A DNA stretch of 64,000 bases from contig JAYTHY010000023.1 of NCBI GenBank assembly GCA_043732185.1, positions 32,001 through 96,000 on the forward strand, in the 5' to 3' direction. Source of the stretch: Fibrobacteria bacterium. GTDB lineage: Bacteria; Fibrobacterota; Fibrobacteria; UBA11236. The notes below the pieces were generated by a model, which saw only the letters and a program-made list of their open reading frames with translations, did not search any database and had not been told where the DNA came from. The position numbers were made by a program, and so were the translations under genes. Below are positions 35,759-44,459 of this stretch, piece by piece (positions within the stretch are counted from its first letter, which is position 1; the number at the start of each line of letters is the position of its first letter).

Positions 35759-36936
35759 ACAATTTCCCTGGGGCTACCGGATCCAATGCCCGCTTTCCAT
35801 ATATGGTTGATACGCATCAACCATTCCTGCTCTTCTTCAGAAATTTCTTCATAGCTGGCATTCAAATAAAGCAGCTCCACACTTTTCATAATGTCCCGCC
35901 CCTTGCTGGTTCGACTGAGCAGCATATTCAGGACGATACAGAAAAAATACGTTTTCACCAATACCCGTCGAGGAGTGTCCTTGTGCTTCAATTGGTTTTC
36001 AAAACTCACCAATGCTTCCCGATATTTTTCGATGGAAGACTGTAAAGCACCAATCATGGTTGTATACATTCCCGCCTGGCAGTAGGCTCCAACTTTTCCG
36101 CCTAGAATCAATCCATTGCAACATTTTTCAGCCAGGATCAAGGAGACCGTTACCGTCTCGGAATTGCGATGGGCATCATCAAAGCGCGGATCAATGTCCA
36201 TGGCCTCAGGAACCAGGCGTTTCCGGAAGGAAATGGACCTCGCCAGAATTTTCTTGGACTCCTCGTTGTAGGGATAGATAGCATCTGATCTATCCGCGAA
36301 ATCGGTTGGATCTGCTGAAGCGAAAAGGCAATAGGGGCAAACCGCAACCATGGTTTTGAGGCCGTCCCAATTCTCGTATCCATTCAATGGCGAGTAAACC
36401 GGGTAAGCGCCATGGCTCCAATCCTCGTGAATTCCATTGTTAATCAGTAAATAAACATTCACTTTATCATATCCACATATGTAGCAGGATTTTTTGGCGA
36501 TGCGGAAAGGGTATTTTTTCCCCGTGGCTTTATTATCTGCGACATCTTCAATACGCGCGGAATTCTGGGAATGCACTTGCTTCAATAAATCGATGAGAAT
36601 GCCATAATCCAGAGGTTTGGCCAACATGAACTCAACACCCAGCTCTTTAGCCTCATGCTCGAATGTCGCCCTGGGTTTGGCAGTTACAATAATTACGGGG
36701 ACCTTGAGGCCTTGATTGCGTAGGGTGCGCAGCACTTCCATTCCGTCTAGTTTTGGCAATACCAAATCCAATACCACTGCCACAAAATCATTTTCTGCCA
36801 GGACCTGGCGAACGGCGTCTTCCCCATCATAAGCCATCTCAATCCTATAAAATGGGGACAACCGCTGTTCCGTTACTTTGGAAAGCACACGCGACGCTTC
36901 CACCACCAAAATCGAAGGCTTTTCTGAATATCCCAT
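35755..36936 (-). CDS. Response regulator receiver fused to Cys-containing DUF2225-like domain
   Basis: Receiver: VLDLVLPKLDG, IIVTA, LAKP. Output domain: CYIC..VAVCPYCLFAS followed by a helical TPR-like region. Confidence 0.8.
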   Translation of the reverse strand: MGYSEKPSILVVEASRVLSKVTEQRLSPFYRIEMAYDGEDAVRQVLAENDFVAVVLDLVLPKLDGMEVLRTLRNQGLKVPVIIVTAKPRATFEHEAKELGVEFMLAKPLDYGILIDLLKQVHSQNSARIEDVADNKATGKKYPFRIAKKSCYICGYDKVNVYLLINNGIHEDWSHGAYPVYSPLNGYENWDGLKTMVAVCPYCLFASADPTDFADRSDAIYPYNEESKKILARSISFRKRLVPEAMDIDPRFDDAHRNSETVTVSLILAEKCCNGLILGGKVGAYCQAGMYTTMIGALQSSIEKYREALVSFENQLKHKDTPRRVLVKTYFFCIVLNMLLSRTSKGRDIMKSVELLYLNASYEEISEEEQEWLMRINHIWKAGIGSGSPREIV

Positions 36937-37178
36937 AGACCTCGCGTCGTACCTTAAATCAAAAGCCCAAATTGCAACAACATCGCTTTACCTACGGTGC
37001 TATTCTATGATAGAGTGGTCGGTAAGATCAAAGCCCAATGGCGATATTTACTAACTTTTTAGACCAAACAGCCCTTTAAAGGGATAGCCCAGCGCCAGCC
37101 TAAAATTCGGAAAACCGCTTTCTTTTCTTGAATTCAATGGAATGGTAAGGCTAGAATGGACCCATCATCGCAGGAAAC

Positions 37179-37451
37179 ATGCCCTTTTTGATATGCAACA
37201 ATTCCAGGTATCCGCTTAAAGTCGGGATGAATCTGGTTGGCCGAGATCAAGGTTGCGATGTTTTTATTCCTGATCCGCATATTTCACGGAAGCATTTATC
37301 CATTGACGTGGTCGGGGATGGGACCATAACCGTCATCGATTTGGGATCGACCAATGGCATGGTGGTTGCCGGGGAACGGGTTCCCAGCGCCATCCTTCAT
37401 CCCGGTGACAGCTTTACTGTGGGACAAACCACATTTCTAGTGGAAGATTGA
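37179..37451 (+). CDS. Stand-alone FHA domain protein
   Basis: VGR..CDV..ISRKH, DLGSTNG. Confidence 0.92.
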   Translation: MPFLICNNSRYPLKVGMNLVGRDQGCDVFIPDPHISRKHLSIDVVGDGTITVIDLGSTNGMVVAGERVPSAILHPGDSFTVGQTTFLVED

Positions 37452-37452
37452 A

Positions 37453-38634
37453 CTAGACATAAATCCGCCGGGTCCAAAACACGGTTTTTCGATCCATCAC
37501 CTTTGTAAAAACCAAAGTCCCCTCATTGGGCCCAGCGAGCCGTAGGGTAGCGCGGAATTCCTCCGGAATAAGATTGACGCCTCTCTTCTTGACTTCCAAT
37601 CGACCGACTTCTTCTTTGCGCAAGAACTCACGCAGCACTTTGAAATCATAAGGCAGTTCTTTTAGGACTTGGTACGACTTTAATAATGGACTTTCCACGG
37701 GTTCATTTCCAGACAAGTATGCAATACGTGGATCGATCTGCCATAAGCCATGGCGTGCCGCCAGCACACCAAAAAGATGGGACCGTACCACAGATTTTAC
37801 GGGCTCAAATAAATAAGTTCCAGGTGCTTCGGTACGGCCAAAAGTATCGGCTAAATCGGTTCGCGGGGCTTCCAAAGTGGCGCCACTGGGAAGTTCCACT
37901 GCTTTAACCCAGCCAGGTCGTCCCAATTGCCCTGTCCATACCAGGGCTTCAAGGCATTCATCTCGCAGGCCTAGGTATTCAATTTCATGATCTTCCAGAA
38001 AAGCCGGCAGCGTGAGCCCCGGACCCAGCTTAATCGCCATGTTGCCATGGCGGTTGATCAGCTTCTCCATAACTTCCCATCCCGGTGACAGATCGTCCCC
38101 CTGCCATCGGTCGGATTTGCCTGTTGGACGTCTCGACGGGTCAAGTAGCGCGGCATCACAACGAATGGGATTGGCGGCGACATCCGCCTGAACCGCAAAT
38201 GCATGTCTATGCAGAGATACATTATGCCGGTAAGCCAATAAAGTAGTGCTCGACAGGTCCACACCGATTACCCGGATTCGCCCTGGAAGGTAAAAGGAAT
38301 CACCACCCAGACCACAGCATAAATCGGCTATGGAATGAATATCCTGAGGCAATCGCGAAACTTTGTACTGGGCCAATTCAAAATGCGTGAGTTGCTCAAG
38401 ACCGGTAGCCGTAAAAATCATCTCCGACGCGAGCGGGCATTTCCGCATGGCCTTGATTCGGAGTTTTCTCTGTTCCAATAATGTGTGCCGCAAAGGCACG
38501 GAAAGCAAACGCAAATCAGGGGATCCGGAGAGTGCTAAATCCTCTCTGGAATCAGCGCACAATTGCCGCAAAAGGCTTTGGGAAGCGGGTTCCAGCAAAA
38601 AGGCCAACTTGCCTTCGACATTGAGTTCAGCCAA
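37453..38634 (-). CDS. SAM-dependent methyltransferase with THUMP-like C-terminal domain
   Basis: LEQ, ADLCCGLGGD, LDPSRR, IKLGPG, FEP..VVR, LEVKKRG. Confidence 0.85.
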   Translation of the reverse strand: MAELNVEGKLAFLLEPASQSLLRQLCADSREDLALSGSPDLRLLSVPLRHTLLEQRKLRIKAMRKCPLASEMIFTATGLEQLTHFELAQYKVSRLPQDIHSIADLCCGLGGDSFYLPGRIRVIGVDLSSTTLLAYRHNVSLHRHAFAVQADVAANPIRCDAALLDPSRRPTGKSDRWQGDDLSPGWEVMEKLINRHGNMAIKLGPGLTLPAFLEDHEIEYLGLRDECLEALVWTGQLGRPGWVKAVELPSGATLEAPRTDLADTFGRTEAPGTYLFEPVKSVVRSHLFGVLAARHGLWQIDPRIAYLSGNEPVESPLLKSYQVLKELPYDFKVLREFLRKEEVGRLEVKKRGVNLIPEEFRATLRLAGPNEGTLVFTKVMDRKTVFWTRRIYV

Positions 38635-38776
38635 GTGAAACCCAAAAGTCTATATTGAAATAGGCGTTAAATTTAGCGGCATTTTGGAATATCTTGCGAT
38701 TAAATAGCTCGCGAAGTAAAATCACGGTCGGCCCAATGGTCGCGTGGCAAGGAAAAGATGCGATCCAGGTGATAAT

Positions 38777-39139
38777 ATGGTTATAGGAATCGGCACAGAC
38801 ATAACGCATCTCGAAAGGATAAAAAAATTAAGCCCCGAGACCGTAGATCGCATTCTGACAAAGCCGGAAGCCGAATACTGCAATCGCTTCACGCAGCCAC
38901 ATGAACGTGTAGCGGGTCGATTTGCAGCCAAAGAGGCAGTGCTTAAGGCTCTAGGTACGGGATGGAGCCAGGGAATCGGCTGGCACCAAATCGAAATTCT
39001 TCCAGACACATCTGGCGCGCCCATCGTAACTCTTTTTGGAAAAGCACTTGAGAAATTCCTTACCCTGGGCGCAACTCGTTGTCATGTATCGATATCGCAT
39101 CAAGGCGAGTATGCCGTTGCCTTCGCCATCATTGAATAA
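38777..39139 (+). CDS. acpS: Holo-[acyl-carrier-protein] synthase
   Basis: GIGTDI, AGRFAAKEAVLKALGTG, HVSISH. Confidence 0.96.
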   Translation: MVIGIGTDITHLERIKKLSPETVDRILTKPEAEYCNRFTQPHERVAGRFAAKEAVLKALGTGWSQGIGWHQIEILPDTSGAPIVTLFGKALEKFLTLGATRCHVSISHQGEYAVAFAIIE

Positions 39140-39216
39140 ATGCTTTACGGAGCCTTTTCCTGTTTTCTAAACCATAGTCCAACCTTTGAAAGCAGCACCT
39201 ATCCAAGTATTTTCAC

Positions 39217-39245
39217 TTGACACGTAACAGGCTAAGCAATAGACT
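39217..39245 (+). promoter_or_regulatory. Sigma70-type promoter
   Basis: TTGACA(39217-22), 17 nt spacer, TAGACT(39240-45). Confidence 0.65.
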
Positions 39246-39302
39246 TATCTATAGTACCGCTAGGAAAGTTTGTATTTTCCTGGTATAACCGCAGGAGTGA
39301 CT

Positions 39303-39695
39303 ATGAAGCCCCTTTATGTAAAGTGCCCACACTGCAAAGAGGTCAGTGAACTCTTCTTGGGTTCGGAAGCCTATATGATCGTGTTGAATTGCCCCTCCTG
39401 CAATTCCGCCCTGATGTACTATTACGGCAAGACTTTTGAAATCGATGAAAACGAAATCGAAAAGATTCAAGGAAATCTGCAAATGACTTCCGTGCAGGGT
39501 ATTCTTAAGAATATCAATGCCCGTGAGACGTCCAAGAGCCACACCTCCCTGATTGTAAAACCCGCCGAACCGAGGGCATCGCATAAAGCCGGCGCACCTG
39601 TGCGTGACGTTCATCTAAGAGGAGATGACATTACCAACCTCAAAATCGACCTCGCCTTGGTAAAGGACGTGAACGACTTCATCAATAATATGTAG
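39303..39695 (+). CDS. Hypothetical zinc-ribbon protein
   Basis: CPHC..CPSC, AGGAG RBS before ATG 39303, own promoter and terminator. Confidence 0.75.
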   Translation: MKPLYVKCPHCKEVSELFLGSEAYMIVLNCPSCNSALMYYYGKTFEIDENEIEKIQGNLQMTSVQGILKNINARETSKSHTSLIVKPAEPRASHKAGAPVRDVHLRGDDITNLKIDLALVKDVNDFINNM

Positions 39696-39742
39696 ACCGA
39701 GAAAGGATTCTTACTCCTTTCAAATCCAACTTGTCTGTATCG

Positions 39743-39770
39743 CCCTCCAGCCTATGCCGGAGGGTTTTTT
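39743..39770 (+). terminator. Rho-independent terminator
   Basis: CCCTCC..GGAGGG stem followed by T6. Confidence 0.75.
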
Positions 39771-39784
39771 AATTCAAGGGAAAA

Positions 39785-42058
39785 TTAATTCAAGGGAAAA
39801 TGGCAAGCCACTCGGGCACCGCCAGCTAAAGTTACCAAGGGCGGCATAGCCGTCTCGCAAATCTTGGAGGCTTGAGACAGATATATCGGGCAGCGGTTAC
39901 GGAATGGACATCCCCCAGTCAATCGTACGGGTTCCACATCCGGGTATGCTGCCAGCACATGCTTTCTATCGACATCTCCCAAGCTTGGTGTTGAAGCCAG
40001 GAGCAATCGAGTATAAGGATGAAGTACGCCATTCACGGTAAAGTGTTCTACCCGTGCCTCCTCAACCAAATATCCCATATACATAACGCCAATTCTATCC
40101 GCCAAAATTTTTACCAAAGTGAGATTGTGCGAGATGAAAAGATAAGAGAGGCCAAGGTGGCGCTGGAATTCCTTGAGCAAGGACATGACTTGACTTTGAA
40201 TCGCCAAATCCAAACTGGCCACAGGCTCGTCGCAGACCAGGAACGCAGGTTTGGTGATCAGAGCGCGCGCAATGGTGCTGCGTTGTTTCTCGCCGGAACT
40301 TAAGTTGCTCGGATACCGCGAGCCATGGCTGGGATCCAGGCGCACTTGTTCCAAGGCATCGGAAACACGTTTGAGCTTTTCCTCTTTCGACAATTTGCCT
40401 TCGCGTTCCAGCCCTTCTGAAAGTATGGCCTCGATAGTCATACCGCTATTCAGTACGCTTTCCGGATGTTGGAAAAGCATGCGGACTTCTTTTCGCAAAT
40501 GCATCATTTGGGACTTGGAAAGTTTTAGAACGTCTTGGCCCTTATACAGGATTTCCCCGCCATCCACAGCTTGCAAAGCCATAATGGACAGGCCCAAGGT
40601 CGATTTTCCCGATCCACTCTCCCCCACTAGTCCATAGGTTTTGCCTTTAGCAATCGAAAGCGAAATATCGTTCAAGGCTAGGAAGGATCGATTCCCCTGA
40701 AAAAAAGTCTTGCGCAGGCCACGAATCTCAATAATGTTCTCAACCTCTAACGATTGGTCGGATAGTCGATTCAAATGAGCTTGGGAGGATGTCCCGGGGC
40801 TGTGCGCCTTGTTGTGGGTGGGAAATAAACATTTGGACCAGGAGTGGGCGACGAGAATATTGGCACCCTTTTCAGCACCCTTTTCAGCAAAATTTAGGGG
40901 ATTATTTACGGCAAAATTTACGGAGTCCGCATGTGGTACTTGCGAACCCGCTTCCAGTGCACTGGCTTGGAGTTGACCGGAAGGCTTGTGCAGCTCACAT
41001 TGGACTCTTTCCTCTGGCGTCAACCGTCCCCGATACGCGGCACAAATGCTTCGATAAGCACAGCCAGTGCCCGCATCCGGATCGGTTGGCGGAATGGGAA
41101 TTTTTTCTCCAAACCGGGAAAAAGAGTCCAACAAGGAAGCCGTATAAGGATGCTTGGGGGCATCGAGTACGGAAGTTGAAGTTCCCGTTTCCACTACCGA
41201 ACCACGATGCATAACATAGATGCGGCTGCTGATTTCCTGAATGACGCCGATGTCGTGCGAGATGATCAAAATACTGAGGCCGTGTTTTTCCTTGAGCTGC
41301 ACAAAAAGCTGCAGGAGCTTTGCCTGAGTCGTGACATCCAAGGATGTCGATGGCTCATCGGCAATCAGTAATTTAGGTTTGGCGCAGAGAGCCATGGAAA
41401 TCATTACCCGCTGTGCCATGCCACCGCTGATCTCATGAGGATGAAGGCCCCATAAGTTTTCGGCATCGACCAGTCCAACATCTTTAAGCAATTCCACCGC
41501 GATCGCCTTGGCCGCCGCCGTACCTTTACCCTGCAGATCGAATCGCTCGCGATTACGATCCAAAGCCTCGAGCATATGGTCCCCGACCGTGTAAAAAGGA
41601 TCAAGCGAAGCCTTGGGCTCTTGAAAAATAGTTGCCACATCCCGTCCAAGAATGTCAAACAACACTTTGCGGTGGGCCCGCTGAAAGGGAATGTATTTTT
41701 TGCCGACAATGCCGTTTTCCATCGACGAGAAGCTGTCCATGGCCGGCAAAAGCGATTTGCCATCCAATCTGGCTTCGCCTTTCCAAACGCCCGGAAAACC
41801 TTTTACCAGCCCCAACAGACCCATGGCTAAAGTGGTTTTGCCGCTACCAGATTGACCGATAAGGCCGACAATCTCACCCCGACCAATTTCCATATTAACC
41901 TGATCCACGGCTTTTAAATATTTCGGACCTTGACCGAACCAGATGCACAGCCCTTTCACCGAAAGCAAAACCGGTGAGGGAGGATTGAATGTTGGAACGC
42001 CAGTAGTCAAGTTGGTATCAGCGTCCTTCACGATAGGCCAATCTTGCATTGAGCCCAT
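39785..42058 (-). CDS. Peptide/nickel-type ABC transporter ATPase, fused double NBD (DppD+DppF)
   Basis: Walker A GQSGSGKT and GESGSGKS; signatures ISGGMAQR and LSSGEKQR; two HPYT + Cys-rich C-terminal motifs. Confidence 0.93.
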   Translation of the reverse strand: MGSMQDWPIVKDADTNLTTGVPTFNPPSPVLLSVKGLCIWFGQGPKYLKAVDQVNMEIGRGEIVGLIGQSGSGKTTLAMGLLGLVKGFPGVWKGEARLDGKSLLPAMDSFSSMENGIVGKKYIPFQRAHRKVLFDILGRDVATIFQEPKASLDPFYTVGDHMLEALDRNRERFDLQGKGTAAAKAIAVELLKDVGLVDAENLWGLHPHEISGGMAQRVMISMALCAKPKLLIADEPSTSLDVTTQAKLLQLFVQLKEKHGLSILIISHDIGVIQEISSRIYVMHRGSVVETGTSTSVLDAPKHPYTASLLDSFSRFGEKIPIPPTDPDAGTGCAYRSICAAYRGRLTPEERVQCELHKPSGQLQASALEAGSQVPHADSVNFAVNNPLNFAEKGAEKGANILVAHSWSKCLFPTHNKAHSPGTSSQAHLNRLSDQSLEVENIIEIRGLRKTFFQGNRSFLALNDISLSIAKGKTYGLVGESGSGKSTLGLSIMALQAVDGGEILYKGQDVLKLSKSQMMHLRKEVRMLFQHPESVLNSGMTIEAILSEGLEREGKLSKEEKLKRVSDALEQVRLDPSHGSRYPSNLSSGEKQRSTIARALITKPAFLVCDEPVASLDLAIQSQVMSLLKEFQRHLGLSYLFISHNLTLVKILADRIGVMYMGYLVEEARVEHFTVNGVLHPYTRLLLASTPSLGDVDRKHVLAAYPDVEPVRLTGGCPFRNRCPIYLSQASKICETAMPPLVTLAGGARVACHFPLN

Positions 42059-43082
42059 CGCCTAAATAGAAGAAACCCAGAATGGCCAGTATGATTGCCA
42101 TGGCAGGGAAAAAAGTGATCCAATAGAAGCCACTAAAAAAGGACATTTGACTGCCTTCTATAATGTTGCCCCAGGAAACTTCAGGTGGCTTGGTTCCAAA
42201 CTGGAGATAACTCAAAGTGGTTTCAACCAAAATGGATTCAGCCATGATCAACGAGAACTGGATAAAAAATACAGCCCGGTTTTGGTACCAGAAAAGATGG
42301 CGCCAAAGTATTTTCGTATCACTTAGTGCGGCCTCTTTAGCAGCGAGTATAAAACCCATTTTTGAAAGAATGCGTACTCGGGTCGCGATAAGTTCGGAAA
42401 CTCGAGGAATAAGTGTCGCCCCCAAAACCGCCATGGTGTAATACACATTGGGCTCCAATGCGCATATGACTACTAGAATCAGGACCAGGCGCGGCATGGA
42501 CAAAATAGTGCTGTTGAAAGTTTGTACCAATTTCCGAATCCAACCTCCGTAGTAGCCGGCCCAGAGACCGAGTGGAATTCCAAAACCCAAGGCAACAATA
42601 CAGGTTACCAAACCCGGCAGAAAACAGTTTCGTGCCCCGGCGATTAGCAAGGCAAACATATCCCGTCCATTTCGATCGGTACCTAAGAAATGTGACTTGG
42701 CATGTTGGACCTTGTCCTCCATGGTCGGAGCTTCAGTGGGTACTTTTTCCCCTACCCCGATTCCGTTACCGGCTCCATCGCCTTTCAGAAAATCCAGATC
42801 TTCCTCATCACTACTTTTTGGCGCCTGATGCAATTCCGATCGACCGCCGGCTTGATTGCGTTTTTGCATTCGCAAGCCTTCTTCAGTGGCGAGCAGGTGC
42901 TTAAGCCAGCCGACCGTGGGCGGCGTAAGTTGGCTTTCCAAATCCATTTCATCCGCTCTATAGGGCGTCCAAATCGGTCCGGTCAAACTTGCCAAAACCA
43001 ATAATGCCACGATAATGCTTCCTGCCGTAATCCGGTAGCTGCCTGGCTTTTTTAGCAGGAGAAGAATTTTGCCTTTTTTCAT
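42018..43082 (-). CDS. ABC transporter permease (DppC/OppC)
   Basis: HFLGTDRNGRD, EAA-like loop (FILAAKEAALS), ETTLSYLQFG, SWG, LGDGL. Confidence 0.92.
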   Translation of the reverse strand: MKKGKILLLLKKPGSYRITAGSIIVALLVLASLTGPIWTPYRADEMDLESQLTPPTVGWLKHLLATEEGLRMQKRNQAGGRSELHQAPKSSDEEDLDFLKGDGAGNGIGVGEKVPTEAPTMEDKVQHAKSHFLGTDRNGRDMFALLIAGARNCFLPGLVTCIVALGFGIPLGLWAGYYGGWIRKLVQTFNSTILSMPRLVLILVVICALEPNVYYTMAVLGATLIPRVSELIATRVRILSKMGFILAAKEAALSDTKILWRHLFWYQNRAVFFIQFSLIMAESILVETTLSYLQFGTKPPEVSWGNIIEGSQMSFFSGFYWITFFPAMAIILAILGFFYLGDGLNARLAYREGR

Positions 43083-43987
43083 TCCCGCATCCTGGGATCC
43101 AGCCACACGGCGAGCAAATCATTTATGAGCATAAGCACACGAATCAGAAAAGCCATCACCAAGGTGATTCCCATAATGACAGAAAAATCCCGCTTAAGCG
43201 TCGCCTCCCAACTCAGCCAGCCAAGGCCATGGAAATTGAAAATACGCTCAACGACAACCAGTCCACCAAGGAGCACAGCCATGTTGGTTACAATGATATT
43301 GAATATGGGCAAAACCATGGATTTAAAGAAATGGCGCCACAAGTCGCTTCCACGGGCCCGGGCCGCTTTGATGAACATAGCTCCGTTGACGTTCTGTACT
43401 TCCAAAGAAATAAAACGAACGAACTCACCAATAGTCCCATTGCCCACGGAGAGAACCAGGATAGGTAGTGAATAATAACTGACATATGGCCAGAACTGAA
43501 AAGGTCCGTCCGGTGGCGTAGTAACGAAAAATTTGAATACCCCAAAAACAATGGCCAGAACAATATACCCATGCACAAAAACCGGCACCGAGGACAAAGT
43601 ATATACCGCCAAGCCAACGGTTTTGCCTAAGGGTGAAACGGGCCGCAGACCCCGCCAAATGCCAAATGGGATGGAAATAAGCAAAGATAAGAACAGGGAG
43701 CCGAAGGTCAAAAGCAAAGTGGAAGGCGCATATTCCAGTATTAACGAAGTTACCTTCGTTCCATTAACCATGGAAATGCCAAAATCCATCCGCAGACAAT
43801 CCCTGAGCCAAAGCAAATACTGTAAAGGCAAAGAACGGTCCAAATACAATTGATGGGCCGTGGCTGAAGATAAATTGTGGATTTGAGCGATATCACCCGG
43901 AGTCAAATGAACTATGGAAAAAATCAACAAGGAAACCAGGAGCAGTGAACCCGCAAAAAAACCTAGAATCTTGGCGATAGCAGACAT
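43079..43987 (-). CDS. ABC transporter permease (DppB/OppB)
   Basis: PGD, LPLQY..W..DFGIS, FIKAARARG, VVERIF, RD..VIMG, LDPR. Confidence 0.93.
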   Translation of the reverse strand: MSAIAKILGFFAGSLLLVSLLIFSIVHLTPGDIAQIHNLSSATAHQLYLDRSLPLQYLLWLRDCLRMDFGISMVNGTKVTSLILEYAPSTLLLTFGSLFLSLLISIPFGIWRGLRPVSPLGKTVGLAVYTLSSVPVFVHGYIVLAIVFGVFKFFVTTPPDGPFQFWPYVSYYSLPILVLSVGNGTIGEFVRFISLEVQNVNGAMFIKAARARGSDLWRHFFKSMVLPIFNIIVTNMAVLLGGLVVVERIFNFHGLGWLSWEATLKRDFSVIMGITLVMAFLIRVLMLINDLLAVWLDPRMRE

Positions 43988-44037
43988 GCTCTTCTCGGTG
44001 GGCCAACCCCGGTTTCGACTAGGTACGGGCCCTGGGA

Positions 44038-44454
44038 TCAAGGACTAGATTTGAGGATTTTTTCGCCCAGTCCAGTGGTATTGCCTTCCGTTGCTCCGCC
44101 TTCGAGTACAGCATCTTTGCCATCGATTTCTCGGGACAGCCGGAGAATGATGTTCTTATTGGCACCTTTTTTAGGCTTAAAGGAGCGGACATAACCCATA
44201 TTACCGTCTTTGTCTTCGGCAATCAAGGTGTACTCGTTTTCTTCCACTACATTTGCGCCGATCTTAAAATTTCCATTGCGATCCACTCGCACAGATTCAG
44301 TGCGCGGACTGGTATAGACCACAACATCAGGCTCCGTCAAATGGGATCCATCCGGTTTGACAACAAGACCACTCATAGTTGTACCGCAACCGGTAAGCAT
44401 CAGGGGAAGAACGAGTATTCCCCATGCGATAAAATTAACAGACTTGGTAGCCAT
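44038..44454 (-). CDS. Small lipoprotein (carboxypeptidase-regulatory-like beta sandwich)
   Basis: Lipobox LTGC. SGLVVKPDG..VDRNGNFKI..YTLIA pattern. Confidence 0.65.
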   Translation of the reverse strand: MATKSVNFIAWGILVLPLMLTGCGTTMSGLVVKPDGSHLTEPDVVVYTSPRTESVRVDRNGNFKIGANVVEENEYTLIAEDKDGNMGYVRSFKPKKGANKNIILRLSREIDGKDAVLEGGATEGNTTGLGEKILKSSP

Positions 44455-44459
44455 TGCTA

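Noticed and set aside
37146..37158. 13-mer TAAGGCTAGAATG also present at 52327-52339
   Set aside because: Orientation relative to downstream genes differs between the two sites, and one such match among intergenic regions is compatible with chance.
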